A stretch of 64,000 bases of DNA from Bigelowiella natans CCMP2755 (taxonomy: Eukaryota; Protista; Cercozoa), in contig ADNK01003061.1 in assembly GCA_000320545.1 (NCBI GenBank), positions 1 through 64,000 of the forward strand, given 5' to 3'. Position numbers and translations under genes: made by a program. Under the pieces are notes generated by a model. It worked only from the letters and a program-made list of their open reading frames with translations. It did no database searches and had not been told where the DNA came from. The first letter of the stretch is position 1. Each line of letters starts with the position of its first letter. Shown here in pieces: positions 1 through 15,105 of this stretch.

Positions 1-887
1 TGGGGGGGGGGGGAGAGAAGAACGCGACATCGATTCGATTTTAGAAAAGCATTATCGTAGAAATGTATCGGATCTACTTTCAAGTCACAATCTCATCATC
101 ATCAACGGAGAAGGGCGATGCAGAGTACCGGAAATCCTGAATCCTCCATGTACCCGACCCCTCCTATACACTCCATGCCTGGTGTTATCGACGATGATGA
201 CGACGGTATTGACGACGATGATGACGATGATGATGATGATGATGATGGTGATGAGGCTCAATTGTCAATAGCAGCGAGCAAGTGATTTGGAAATAATATC
301 AAATGACTCGATATGTGGTGAAAAGTCTCTCTCCCATTCTCTCTTTCTCTCCCCCTTCTTCTCAATCTCTCTGTGCTAGCCTTAGTGCATGTGTGCGCGC
401 GCGCGTGTGTGTGTATGATCTATGATATCCATCATCAAACACTTGTATTATTACATTCGTTCACCACGTACACGCCCAACTTCGCCGTGTAAAGCTTAGC
501 AAGGGGTGTGAGCAAGCGAAGAAGCACCACGTCCTCTTCAGCCCTGAAAGGATCCACCTCGATTTTACCTAGATTCGTTACATTTGGTGAAAGAGTTTCT
601 AGCGGGCAGACGCTTTTAACACTAACAAACTACCAAGAGAGCAGCGAGAACTAATAAAACAGAGGAAAAGGGGAGATGGGGGGGGTGGGGGAGGCATATA
701 GATGAGGATGTACAACCTTGCCTTAAGACCGACTCAAATGTGATATGAAGAGAGGCCTTGTACAAGCATCGAACGCTTCCGAGCGTTTCCAAGTGCAGCA
801 AGCTGGAATTGGGCAAAAAATAAAACCGGTTATATCCAATCGAAATCAGGCCAAAATTACCATCTTAACGAGCGCTTCTCTCGTTCT

Positions 888-923
<36 letters not shown>

Positions 924-1721
924 CCCCCTCTCCCTCCATCTCTCTCTCCTTTACTATCCCTCTGCGAAGATATTAGAAGGGTGAAAATCATTGTATAATG
1001 TGCTGCTGCTACTTTTCTGAGAGCTTCGACCCAAAGACGGCGCGTTTGCACGCATAGTCACGAGCGAGGAGAGTAGCCTATATGGCATCATGGAACGAGC
1101 ATGAATGGACTATATCACATCAAGAGCTTTCTTCCATAATAATTGTGATAAATAATTCAATAATGAACATATAATATTATACTTAGATTTATAATTTTTT
1201 TAATGTAATGTATGAGTGATTTTTTGTTACATCGTCCACACAGCGTGAAGTTTATACACGCGATAGTAGCTGCATCCCCTCCCCCCCCCCCTCCCCCCAT
1301 CTGGTTTCATTAAATTACTATTCTCTGTCGTAGCAACAACAATGATGATTCTAATGAGCATACACTTCACCTTGGCCATATTTCCAGTAGCAGCGACACA
1401 GTTATGAAGGCGGGTGATATTCACCAATCGTGCAATGAATCCAATTCCTCGTCCTAAAGAGACTCGAATCACCTCATTTATTCTTGCAGCGCACATGAGC
1501 ATCCAGGGTTGGTGATGGCAAAAATGATGATGAAAACGAGCACGATTGAGCTTGCAACGACCTGTCTTTGAGATCTTGATTGCTTTCGCGCCGTTAAGTT
1601 CCTGTGGGAGACGAAGATCAGCGCATTATTCAAATATCGCCGTGCGTGCAACCGAATTCAGCTGCGATAGATACCGCGACGAGAAAGTTTGCTGCAGAGA
1701 TATTGGCTGCTCACGTTGGAT

Positions 1722-1761
<40 letters not shown>

Positions 1762-1980
1762 CCAGCTCAGCTGTTGGTAGTTGCCTCGTGCCTGTTACAA
1801 ATGTAGAGAGGCATCATGGCCGACACGCGTACGAGCAACACAAAGAGCACGTTAAAACGCACTAAACACGCAATGACAGAAATACGACGAAGCCCGCAGA
1901 TCATTCACAGAACACGCATATCGTCTATAGAAACGGCACCCCATAGAAAGTGCAGTTTCACACAAACAGTAGAGAGAAAT

Positions 1981-2021
<41 letters not shown>

Positions 2022-2371
2022 CGGGGGGGTAGAGAAGGAAGATGATGTTGATGGACAAGAGGGGAGGCGAGAAGGGGCCATTTGATTTTGGTTAGCAAGC
2101 AACCAAGTTTGTCCTTCAAGCGGGCGATCCATATAGAAGGTTTGCCTCCCGATGTTTTCCCTTCATCACGACATTGTGATAGAAACGACAGCACCGAAGA
2201 TGCCGTTGTGGAGGTAGCTCGTGCTGCCTCATGCTTCGAGTTTGGCCTCCGTCCTGCTTTCGGAACCTGAAAGGGGAAATGCCGGAGGGGGCAGGGGGGG
2301 CGGGGGAGGGAATAGAGTCAACGAGTGAGTCGATGACGAGTAGAGGAAGAGAATAAACCAGAGACAGACAC

Positions 2372-2422
<51 letters not shown>

Positions 2423-2692
2423 GAGAAAACTGAAGATATATAGACTAGCTGGTCCAAGCACCAGGAAATACATATAACACATCCATTTTGCAGTATATAT
2501 TGGAAAAGTATCGCACTTAACAAAAAACACTAAGTGACCTTTACTAAGAAGCACGACAACGGGGCCTTGCGCTGCCGATTTCCTCTTGCTTTCGTGTCAC
2601 CATCCAGCCCTCCCCCTCCCCCTCCCCTCGCCTGGTCCCGAGCAATGGTTATCGCAACATCGGCGTCAGTCGCGGAGGAAAACCACCTGGCC

Positions 2693-2733
<41 letters not shown>

Positions 2734-2998
2734 GTATACCGACAAACAATTCGTGATTCATCGTTAGCAATTCGGCCTTAAATGAATACAACTACAAAAA
2801 TCAATGAACCATGCAAGAAAGCTTGGACGAGTTGATTTTGATTTCTAAACATCTTCCTCGCTATTAATGGGGAGAGGGCAGCCAAACTCTGTATAACCCC
2901 ACCCCCCTCCCCTTATGGCCAAAACTAGAAGGTGCGAGGAGATTACTTATCCCCCATCATCATTTATCATAAGGGAGGAGGAGAGGTCAACCAGCAAG

Positions 2999-3039
<41 letters not shown>

Positions 3040-3583
3040 CACTCCTTACTTATATCCATAGAGGCTGTAGTAAGGGGAAGAGGTGGTGCCGTCTGATGCT
3101 TTGGATCAGCAGTGTTGGGCCGAAAGAAGTGAGGGGGGCGAGAAGGGGAGGGGGGTAGGGTAAGGAAGTCATCGAATTATTTTCTCGTCATGGAGGGATT
3201 TAGTACGATTATAACAGTTATTAAAAAAGAACAAGTCTTCGTATTCGTTTGAACGCTCTCGGTTACAATCATTTTGTTTAATTTGTTATGGTGTGCAGAA
3301 CGATGTTTAGGCCGTGGGGGGTATCCCCCCCCCTTCGTAGTCTTAGCATCACGCAGATGTGAGTACATAACAACCCGCAATTCGATATTGTCAGTGTCGC
3401 ATGCTCTCTCTTCGTTTTTCTCTCTCCTTTCTCCATCTCTCCTCCTTTCTTACGGAGGGCTATCGTTCTTGTTCCTCCTGAAACGTCGGAACCCCCCCCC
3501 CTCTCGGTCATCCATTGCCCTGATTCCCAATACGTATTTAAGACGTATCGAATACGCGCTACTCGTGTTAATTATATTGAGAA

Positions 3584-3642
<59 letters not shown>

Positions 3643-4257
3643 CGAGGTAGACTCGATAACGAGGGGAGATTTGACAAAAAATAAATTGAAACAGTACCTG
3701 AGGTCCAAAAGCGCTCAGGGTTATTCGTCGTTAGCCTTTGGAAGACCCGGCTGCAAACAGCGCTTACGTCGCCATCACTATCTTTAATAGTGTCATTATA
3801 TGCGCCTTGATGGCTTTGAGCGACAGTCTCCATTAACTTCGCAGCGCCGTCCGTCATCGCTAGGGGACAGCCGTACCTGTTTTGTGATGTGGCGGTGTTG
3901 TTGATGATGGTGATGATAATGATGATGATCTTCTACACAATCCTCACTGCAAAGCGTACATTCCAGAGTTGGGACTAAAGAGGTGCAGCTTGGCAAACTG
4001 CCAGAGACGTGCAAGCGACCCTTTAAACACACAGCCATAATAATAACGTTAAAGCAATCACGGCACCATGACAAAACAGGTGAAAAGGGGAGGGGAGGGT
4101 GACGATAGTCTAATCATCGAAACCGGCTACTACAAAGCAAGAGAGAAAGAATGCAAACCATGTGAGGCCCGTTTGTGGTATGCGATATGAATCAAGCCGT
4201 TTATTGCACTATCTCGATGCATTTCACGCCATTCCCGGCAAACTAAGAAATAAGTGG

Positions 4258-4304
<47 letters not shown>

Positions 4305-5462
4305 TCTGTGTATTTATTCATGCACGCACTTCTTCATCTCGCCTCCAGATATAAGTGTTGCGTGTATTCACGGTTTTAATGGAAATGGACTATAGCTTAT
4401 CGCTACGTGTCGAGTTATACTTTGCCACTTTGAATTGCCGTGTTTTCAAACATATATGCACCATGCTTCTTGCTCATTCCCTCGTACCTTTGAGGGCGTT
4501 AATTCTACGTCCAAACGAATCGAATTCCGATATCTGAGCATTTAGGAGGAAAGTGACGCTTGTGTTTTCATTTCTGTGTGCAGCTTTTTATATCGAATTA
4601 TATTCCCCCCCCCCTTCTTCCCCTCCTTGTTCTTATCTTATCTTGTGCAATCACCGAAGGTTTTGAGTGTTCCATCTCTGGAAGTCTCTAATTCAGTAAG
4701 GATCATACATTGGCGTGTAAGTAAATTGAAATAATGGTTAAAATTGCCGATACTATATGATATACCAGGCATTTCAATCCACTGTATCGCACATCATACG
4801 TCTCAGGTCAATGTTTGTCACAATCAAGATAACTCGAAACGATTTCTACTTTGGCTAGTAAGAATCGAAGTTACCGGTAAAAGGTCTTTCTCAATTTTTT
4901 CGCCGAATTCACAAAGATCCTTCTCAACCCCACCCCACACTAGGTGGTATTCAATATCGTCAAAATGGTCAAAAAGGAAATGGGTTCAACAAATCGCGTA
5001 TTATTGGAGACTCTAAGTATTTACGCACGTGCATAGATGAGCTGAATATATGCATGCAAACACGACTATCCATAGTCATCTTTACCCTTCCGCCCCAACC
5101 TCTCGCTTTGCGACAAATGCCTGATCGATCAAATATAACCACACGCTTCTCAAAACGACTTACAGATATTCTGGCACATATTCGGTCTCATGGGTTCCCA
5201 ATAGATGACTGAACCAATCGTGCTGATGGTATACGCCACAACCTAAGAATAGACCGAAGAGTGTTGTCTCTTTCGAACATGTTCCCAAGGGTCGGAGGCT
5301 CCTGCAGAAAGCCCTGCCCGGCGCTTTCATAATCTGGTAATGGGCGTTACAAACGGTATTAGCGCCAAAAGGGAGAGAGGGAAGGAAATTCGTAGGAAGC
5401 ACCATTCCTCAACCCAACTTATGACACATCGGAACAAGGACCCGCTCACCTGGTGAGGCCAT
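1..5462 (-). CDS. Acyl-CoA dehydrogenase, AidB/ACAD11-like; multi-exon, C-terminus lies beyond the window start
   Basis: Collinear minus-strand exon translations: MASP|DYESAGQGFLQEPPTLGNMFERDNTLRSIL (~5462-5230), YGCPLAMTDGAAKL...RLTTNNPERFWTSG (~3875-3697), MTERGGGSDV (~3510), WFSSATDADVAITIAR (~2685), RLKDKL, RGIGFIARLVNITRLHNCVAA (~1450), ARDYACKRAVFG (~1060), LLRLLTPLAKLYTAK (~520), GMECIGGVGYMEDSG (~175). These are family-typical motifs; exon boundaries were only partly resolved. Confidence 0.9.
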
Positions 5463-5639
5463 TGTGCTGTCGGCGGAGATGGATTTGCACGAGGAAACTA
5501 CGGAGAATATTAAACACGTGACAACGAAAGAATGTTGTCGCAAACAATAATCATGCGTACTTTTCCAGGTTACAAAATCGTGAAATGCATGCCGTTCATG
5601 GCAAACGACATCGGACAAGGCCTTCAAAATTCTAAAATT

Positions 5640-6990
5640 GATCGAAACTTGATGGGAGATTTTTCTCCCGACACTTTGCCTGGCTAGCCAGCAATGATCG
5701 AGCGGCTGCGGTGAACGCGCACGTTGTTTTCTAGTTTTGCATCAATGCTCAGCTCAATGTTCAATGTTCATTGAACACACAGACTACGATGCGAAGCGCG
5801 CGTGAGAAGGACTACATGCATCCATCATGCCATCTAGCATGGCCATGCAGCATGCCAGGACGATTTGGCGATGGCCCTGCTGCCAGCTAGCAGGTGTGGC
5901 TCAGTCAGCTAGCCGGGCACGCTGGCACGTGGGTGACACATCACGTTTGGAGGGGTCACGAAGCCGATTGAACGTTGGCCACTGACAACAATCAATGACA
6001 CAGCATGCACACTGCGGCAACGTGCACACCACGGACTAGCGGAAGCAGCATTCACACATTCACACCACGGACACGTGCAAGTGAACAGCGCACTGTTTCG
6101 CCCTGCTAGCCTGGTCCCAGGCTAGCTAGCTAGCTGGCCCTGCCAGCATGCAGCAACAGACACATTTGACCCTGATCTAGCTAGCCTAGCTTGCGACTTC
6201 TAGCCCACTCCAGCACTGCCGCACACGTGCTAGCGTGCGACGATGCACATCTCTGGATCTCCAGATCTGCACGTCTAGACGTGCATGCTGGCAAGCATGG
6301 TCATGGATGCTAGAATGTGCTGTGTGTGCATGTGTCGTGTAATCTCTTCGATACACATGCGAGTATCAATTCGAAGAAACGAATTGCAACACGCGACGTG
6401 TGTCCACGTGCAGTCGCGAACAAACTGATGTGTGATGAAGCTTGATGAAGCTGCACGTAGGCTGCACTCCACCAACGCGTCGTCGTAGCTACGGACAAAA
6501 CAGCACAAATTAGCAAAGTCATAGTGCTCCCTATCTAGCTGTGCTGCACGTTGTTAACGCGACACGCGATATTCTCTGCATCGTAGGCCCATGAGGCCAT
6601 CTAGCGCATGCACGTACGAACATGTGTGGTTTTTGCATGCACCTGTTCTTAACAAGCACATGTGTCACAAAGCAATTATAGACACGTAATACCATATATA
6701 TATTATATATGCTATTACTATGTCTATTATAGCACACATGAGCTTAGTCACATGTATCCTAGGGAACATGTGTTCAGAACCCGGGTACGCTGTGTAGCCC
6801 TTTAAGGCTATATAATTCGCTAGCATGTCTATGTGTGCATTTAAGTGTTGTGCAGCTCTAGAGCTGTGTACTGGCCTAAAAGCCACACACATGCACTGCT
6901 ACATTCACATGTGAAATTTGCATTTGCTAGACACACGCATGACTCTGGGACTGTCTCGACCATAACAGCATGTAGCATGCAGCATTTACA
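5640..6990. repeat. TpA-depleted, TG/CA-rich intergenic island; probable transposon relic
   Basis: From ~5690 to 6340 most surviving TA lies in CTAG or CTA (gctagctagctagc); depletion is partial out to ~6990. No termini identified. Confidence 0.55.
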
Positions 6991-7002
6991 TTTTCAAACT
7001 AC

Positions 7003-9630
7003 TCATTTGTTCTCTTTGTAGAGTCTCAAAATTGCTTGCATTTTTACAAGGGTGGATCTCATAGCGAATCTCGTCTCCTCCCGGTGTAGCTTTGCAAAAA
7101 TTAAAGACGACCCCCGACAACCAGGAGCCATCTTTGAGCTACCATTTGATGTCTCCTTCTTTGTTAAATTGCTGCTCGCAGCTTGCTCTTCCTCATCCCG
7201 TAAATTTTGAAACTTTATTTTTCTAAGAATTTCCCTCCTCCTTTCCTCCTTCTTCGTGAGCTTTCCCTCGAGTGAGAGAGGAGGATTGAAGCCTCCCTCG
7301 GAAGAATCATATTGCTCCAAAATTTGCACAGCAGGCACACGCACCAGAACCTACAATATAGAATGTTTGTTCTCAAAACATAGATTACGATTCCACATAT
7401 TCAATGCACGTAGATCACGATTTATAATTTCCCAGATAGTATTTTTTTCATTTGCAATGCCATTGTAACACATACGCCATACACTTGCGGTATTTACGAT
7501 GGTGGTAACTAGCAATTGTATGTTATATTATATGCTATCAAAATATCCTATAACTTACCGCTGGTATTTTTTGCTCGAAGAAACATTGTTTAGAATATTG
7601 AGAGAGGTACGGATGGTGCGAGCTTGTATGCAATAGAGAAGACCAACCTAGTTTTGAGAAAACAATGACAAACCATGATCGAAGAATGTTATCTCGAGAA
7701 ATATCTTAATGGCAAATAGCAGTGATGATTTCCCATGATTCTTGCTATCCAACATCTATGAAAAATGAATAGTTTCAACTTGGAGTGGTAAAAAAGGGGA
7801 AATCGCAATTGAAATCGTTTCAAGCTTCCAACAGCTAGGCTGACGCAATACACAGTTTGAATGATCGTGCAACCTGCTGATGACGACGCATTTGCGTGGT
7901 CAGGATCCTCAAGGAACATCTCGTATACTCCTTGCCCGCCAATTATGCCCCCCTCTGCCCCCCCATCAGGCAGTTCCTCCTCGTCCATAAGACACTTGAC
8001 GCATGGATGTTTTTGTCTTATTTCGTTCACAAGATGCAACACAGCTAGGGCGCCATGCGGGGGTAGATATGAGGACACGATAAGGAGCCGTTTTGAGAAA
8101 GCAATCGCCCTTTCTGCAAGATAAATTGACAGAGTAAGCCACGGTTGATGTTTGTGGATGGGAAATAAATGAGTACAGGCAGGTCACCGAAACTAATCGA
8201 AATCGGTGGTGTATGTGCGTATATGCATGCGCGCACGCGCGCGTGTGTGTGTGTGTGTGGGTGGGTGGGTGTGCCGGTGTGCTATTTGCAGACCTTTAGG
8301 AACATCAGCTCGAATGAGCATTTGCCTTATGCAAATTAACGCTAATGACAAATTCTTATGCTCCAGCGGATTGCAAAGGAACCTTGAGAGGCATAGCACG
8401 GTGATGTGTAGAAGAGGCCACACAAACAAGAGAAAAAGCCTTGTTTTTTCACCACAACATGCACACATGCAAGAAAAACTGTGGAGCAGCAGCATTCATG
8501 CTGTCCTTCAGTATTGATTAGTGGTAGAATACTACTCACACACGCTGGCTGCCCTACCAGATTGATTGGTACATCGTGGTATAATACTCCATCAAGTCCA
8601 CGCTTATCAACCCGTGGTGCCGGGCCAGGGTGCCTTCAAGTAAATACAGACAAAACGGGTTGAGGACGGAATAGCCAAAGAACATACAATGGCTGCTTCT
8701 TATGCAACGCATACGTGCGAAGGTGATAACGGTGAGGAAGTAGATGACGACGCTTTGATGGCATTCATTATTGATGACGCTGGGGATAAAATCTACCGAA
8801 AGCTGCGATCAAACAGTGTAGAATCGATTCAAACGAGAGTCTAGATCTCGGCTGCTTCGGTTGGGGCTCGTGCGCTGCTGTCGGAGTGATGATAGGGAAG
8901 AAGAATGACAATAGTTCTTAATCATCCTGATAACTATATTCGTGATGATAACGATAGACTCCCAAACCCCTCGCTCCTTATCCAAGTTTGCAAATTCTGG
9001 GAAATATGCGTACAAATACTGTTTGTATGAGTAGTACCCTCATCGTTGTTATCAGCATGAATTCTTCCTGCTGCTCCCCCCCCCCCTCCACCTTCGACCG
9101 ATGCCTTAATGAGCTGCTTCAAGCATTGCAATAGATCGAGGACCTAGATACACACAGGCCAACAATCACCTCACCAATGCTGAAGAGCATCTCACGCCAA
9201 CCCACCAAACCGTTACTTGTTGGAATATTTTGTATATATCGTCTGTATGAAGATTAAATATTCTATATGAATTATAAGACACAATGGAGCAACTGACCAG
9301 CTCGATGTTGATGAGGTTGGAGAACTTTGCTATTCCTTTCAGCACAGTGGGAAGCGCAGATGACGTGGAGAATCTGACGTAATCAACCCCGGTTGGATAG
9401 TTATATTTAATTGCGATTTGAAAGGAAAAAGAAGATCAACGAAGACAAAGCAAGCTGGTAATATGCACACCACGCACAGAAGGAGGGAGAGGGGGGGAGA
9501 GAGAGGGAGAGAGAGAGAGTCGCGTCTCACCTTTTCAAAACACGAAAATACGTTGTGAAGACGTGCGATATAAGCTGTGTTTGCAGCTTCGATTGCCTAA
9601 TAGACGAACAAACATTATATATTATATACC

Positions 9631-9665
<35 letters not shown>

Positions 9666-10569
9666 TCTTACATAATTAGTCAATCCCATGTCAGGTGTAA
9701 TGACTTATAATCGGCACATGCTCCTCTGTACTCAGTTATCCCTTTCATTAATCAATTTGGAAAACTCCAAATATTTTTTGCAATTCAATTCATCACACGA
9801 ATAACAACCTTTTGGGATCTAAGATAGCCGAAGACTCCTTAAGATCTCTGTCTAGCTGTTCGTCCACATCTTTCAATCGCTTTCGGCGCTGTAAAGCCTT
9901 CTTGCTCAACTTCTGCTCATACCGTGAGGAAAACAACAAATGAACACGACAGGACCCAAGAGACGGTACAATACACTACAATGATTTCTAAACGCAAGCC
10001 TCTAAACAATTCTACTACTTCATCAAGTCTCAAGACGATTTGCATGCACGGTGCTAAAAATATGAAGATATTAAAGATCACCACCTTCTTGCTCACGGGG
10101 CCCCTTTGTTTCGAGCCGCCGTGAATCACATCCTTGCTCAGGTTCAATTCCAGGAACGTCGCAACCTGTCAAGTAGAACGAATGCATCGGTCACCATTGC
10201 CCGCATTGTCTTGCTCAAACGCCACGGTGACAAATCGTCGTTTCTCTCTCTTCCTTCAAATGAAATTGTACTATATTTTCCATACAACGATATCCAGACA
10301 CGAATTCCTCTGCATATAACTCTACTGCTAGTAGTACATGATGACAACGTCTGCGACAAAGGACTTCTTCTACTACTACTAGAACTCTACCATTTCAGCC
10401 CGAACTTTCTGTCCTTGCGACACGGCGATTTGTGATATCAACCTCACCACCTGCCAGATAGGGCTTCGGTTATAGTGATCAGTGATGATGGTGATGATGG
10501 TGATGATGGTGATGATGGTGATGCTGGTGATGATGATTGATGATGATGATGATTGATGATGATGATGAT

Positions 10570-10600
<31 letters not shown>

Positions 10601-12147
10601 AGTGATGATGGTGATGACGATGGTGATGACGGTGATGATGGTGATGGTGATAAAGCTGTGGTGATGATAATGGATATGTATATCCATCATTATCATCATC
10701 ATCTTCCTCCTCGGACCATGCCTTACTACCTCTAATGTAGAGTCGCCTTGAGCATCTGCTCTAAACAGTTTTTGCACCTAAGAACAAGTTTCAAACACCC
10801 CGTCAAACCATCATGCTCCTGCCTCGAGATTCTTTTCTCAAATCAAGATTCGGTGTAGATGCGTTATAGGCTACAAAAAGGCGCTGCTATATTAAATAAT
10901 GATGGCTGAAAATCGACGATTTTGTGACCCTATTCCATCACATAGCGGCACTATACTCATCGTGAGACTCACTGTCCCCATCTTGCGAATAAGGCATACA
11001 TGTTTGCTTTTCCGTAATTATCACTCAAAAACTGCGCTGCTGATCTGGTTGCATTCTTGGTGTGATTGTTTTCTTCTTCGTTTCGCACTATGAATGTGAG
11101 AAGATACGGCAGTTGTTGATTTAGCTTGATTACCCCTGATAGCACTGTTTGCCTGACCTCCTCGTTCGGGTGGTTGAGTAAAGGAATGGTAGCACGAATG
11201 ACCTCCTAACAAGGTGATGATGAATGGCAATTACGATGACACCACCAGCAGCAGCAGCAATAGGACGTATAGTCAAACAACACGTGTTGTCGAGATCTTT
11301 GGTTGAGAGTGAATCAAGATAGATGAAGCACGAGGGTTGGGGTCAGCTCAAGGCGCAGTTGTGAGGTATGAATGACAATGTAGACTCATGCTGCTGTGCT
11401 GAGTCGATGATTCTAGCGATTGCACATGGCCACCTTTCTAAGGTTGAAGAGATGAGCTGTGTGGAGAAGTCGGGCTAAACATCTTATCTGGTGTGTCATT
11501 TATTGCAAAACCACGGAGGATAGTAAATAGTTAGCTTGTGATAAGTAGTGCCCGGGGGGCTCTTCTTTCTGTTAAATATCTTCCGATGAGAATAGTGTTC
11601 ATACCATAGTCATAATCTCCTCCTCCCCCCCCATACAATTCACCACAAAGAATGCAAATGTTCCCCAGCGGCCTTCTCTCTATCATGATGCGCGTGTGCT
11701 ATTGTACCGCACACATATCCATCGATGATGAGAATCTTCCCTCTTTGGCCTTCCTATTCCACTTGCGATTCGCCTTTCTCGCTCTAGAAGCGAGAAACTT
11801 AACAAGGCTCGAGTACCTACCACCCATGTGATTCGGACACTCCATTATATATGTTATACATTTCATATTAACAAATTATATATATTTGCAGTATATTTTT
11901 GCCCCAAGTTCCTGCTTTTCTAACTGTGCTGAATTGCATGTTTTTCCTTACGATCTGAGAAGGGCAGATTCGTATTTTCTTTGCTGAGCAACCAGCTTTG
12001 TGACCTGTAAGTAGTGGTAGTAAGAAGGAGCAGAAGTGCAACCAAGAGGAGGGGAGGAGATGTAGCAGTGGTGATGGTGGCTTGTGAAGCATGTGTATCT
12101 ACGGAGGGAATAAATACCATTTTGCTCCTGAAAATTCTCTCGCTAAA

Positions 12148-12243
<96 letters not shown>

Positions 12244-12941
12244 TAAATAAATGCTAAGATTTCAGTAATAGTACACAGAAGTACCGGCTTGGCCTTCTCT
12301 TCGTCTGTTGGGAGGACAATACGATAGCCAGGGATAAGGTCACCGAGCACCTTTTGTACCGAACAGTATGATGATGGCATATCAGACAGTGTTTCTTTGA
12401 TGAGATAACAAGTAAGATAGCACAAGGTCCCATTTTGCAGCAAAACCGTTATCATTTGGGACGAAGATACAATCAGTGCTGAATCGCATCTCTTACTTCG
12501 ATCTCGTGGACTACTTTCTTCTACTACCACTGCAACTACCACTGCTGCTATACCTCTCGTTATTGCCAAATCTCATGAATTTCATTAAGGAAATATGGGT
12601 CATCAGACGAGAGGGAGAGGGTGAAGGGGAGGGCGGGGGGTTGCGGCTAATATCACCTCGACTTGTGTCATTAGAGCAAGCTTTCTTATCTTCAATGAAG
12701 GAGAGTTCGCCTGTGAGATAAAGGCATTTGTCAGCGACGATATCATGATACAAATAGTATTTGTGCCAAAACATGTTATCTGTTAATATGCGCATGCACG
12801 CGCTGGATATAGGCACGGCACGTAGATGCTTAGCACCGAACCAACGCCAAATCTACCATGATTTTCGCGATTTCACTGATACGCTTGATGTTCTTCTTTG
12901 GTGCTTCCAACAAAGCTAAGAATGATGATCAAACAAACACA

Positions 12942-13004
<63 letters not shown>

Positions 13005-13305
13005 CACGTGCGAGTGAATAAGATTGACGACGTAATGAGGTAGTAGCTTTCTATTATAACTATTGTTACTACTACTATTACTTCTATTATTACTGTTTTC
13101 ACTACTACTGTTATTACTCTCTGCTATTTCTGCAAGTGTGCTCTTTGCCTCCATGACCATTTTAATCTCTCGCATTGCCTAATAATTGGGCAATACAGAT
13201 TAGCACCGTTAGGAGCAGATTGAGGAAATAGAGGAGGAGGAGGAGGAGGAGGAGGAGGAGGAGGATTAGAAAGGTCTCTGCCATAATTTTCACACACGCT
13301 TACAC

Positions 13306-13352
<47 letters not shown>

Positions 13353-13885
13353 GAATTATAGGTTTCCTATCTTCCAATAAATATGTTATATGCATTATCA
13401 ATTTGGACCTGTTGTGCTTTTGAGAGCTGCTGCCTCGCACTCTCATCCTTATGATGCTGTAGATTCTGCCCTTCTTCGGTCGCCTCCTCCTCCATATCCT
13501 CCTCCTATTTCCAACAGAGCATTGGGGGGAGGGGGGACAAAATTGATACTATATGTTAATACTATGGGAGGTTAGTATACTATACATAATATTTGAATGC
13601 GGTCATGGTTTTACTTCCTCGTCTTCTTCATCATCGCCCTCCATTTCCTCCTGATCTCCATTTTCCTCTCCAACGCTATTCTCCACACTGCCTTTTTCTT
13701 CTTCTTCGCTATCTTCGGTTCCATCCCCTTCCTTCTCCTTCTTCTTTTGTAGCGTTGTTTGCTGTCTTAATCGCAGGGGAAGATGATGATTACCACCACC
13801 TTTCACCGTTAATGAGAGCATCGAGCCTAATAAGAGAGGGGGGATAACAGGGCCGAGCAAAGCAAACAAAAGGAGAGAATCCATG

Positions 13886-13930
<45 letters not shown>

Positions 13931-14682
13931 AAGCATAAACACGCAAATGTAATTCTTGCACCGTTTGACGATGCTGGAACCGGCAATACCATGAAGTCCA
14001 ACCAAAAGACATGAAGGAAGGCTATTCGATATCATCTGGTAGTGGTGGCGGTATGTGCGTGTGTGTGGGTGTGTGGCGGGGGGGCATATTTACCAGCGGC
14101 GTTTTTAATCGGAAGGCGGTCCTTTCTCTTCTCAGCTTCTGCCCACTTTTGAGAGCTCCGCGGCCTTCGTTCGAATGGTGCTTCCTGTGAGGACACGGAG
14201 GTGTGGGTGCGCGTGTTCACTCGCTGTATGTAGTGCGTGTTTCCTCGCTGTGTTTACTCGCATATCATGCTGTTGCGTGTTTGTAGTACCGCATCACTGT
14301 CATCTTCTTGGGCTGCGCCAGTCACCTTCTTTTGCAGCTGATGCCGATGATAGTAACAACAACAAACAATTTCGTCCTGTCACTCGCTCATCAATGCTTA
14401 ACAGCTAACAATGTAGATTGCATTCTCATGAGCACTTGAGCTATTGCCTCGGTCGTTAGGCAGGGGCACACTGGAACTTACGCTTGCAGCATCAAACGTT
14501 TTGCATATAAGGCTCGTGACCTTGTAATCATGCTTCTCCTTTGTATTCTCCTGGGAGGCGTCCAACCTGTTTTTCTTCACCTTCCGAGCCTTGCCATCTG
14601 AGGATTTGGCCAAAGCGCCTTCCACCTTAGGAGAGCGCGAAGGCTGCGGCGTCTTTGCTTTCTGTTGCTGTCTCTTTTTTGC

Positions 14683-14718
<36 letters not shown>

Positions 14719-15105
14719 TGTTGAATGGCAGCCGTGTTAATATATCACGCCCCCCGTCGTGGGTATGGTAATATTTAAAGAAGCGAATATACAACGACGA
14801 ATCTAATATTCCTTCCCCCCTTCCTCATTTTCCTCATCCTTCAACTCCTCTTGCCTCTCGTTACGACTGACAGTCGCCATTCTCCTGCCACGGGGAGGAT
14901 GATGGTTATTTTGATCCGAAAATAACAACCTCTTATCCTGGCGCTGCTTCTTAGCGGTCTTCTCAGCTTCATTCCTGCGTCGTTTTAGTTTATTGGACTG
15001 TTTATTCTTGACTTTGACCGAAGATCCTGGCATTACATGCGAAGGTTAGTACGCCTGCTTGTAAGCTGATCGAACAACACCTTTTTTCGAGGCCTTCTTT
15101 GCCAT
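7003..15105 (-). CDS. NOC3: Nucleolar complex protein 3 homolog; multi-exon
   Basis: Exon fragments: basic N-terminus MAKKASKKG (ATG 15105), FERRPR...RLPIKNAAG (~14170-14095), LGDLIPGYRIVLPTDEEKAK (~12350), QRKYESALLR (~11975), QKLFRADAQGDSTLEV|VRLISQI, LSKKALQRRKRLKDVDEQLDRDLKE (~9910), LPTVLKGIAKFSNLINIE (~9350), last exon 7003-7340. Gene ends are approximate. Confidence 0.85.
10480..10675. repeat. Compound (GAT/GGT)n intronic microsatellite; one example of the many (TA)n, (GA)n, (GT)n and (GAT)n tracts in host introns
   Basis: Seen directly; lies between two NOC3 exons. Confidence 0.9.

Noticed and set aside
1546-14035. Short ORFs with YIYIYI, ERERER, LSLSLS, CVCVCV or poly-D/I runs
   Set aside because: Translations of intronic microsatellites.
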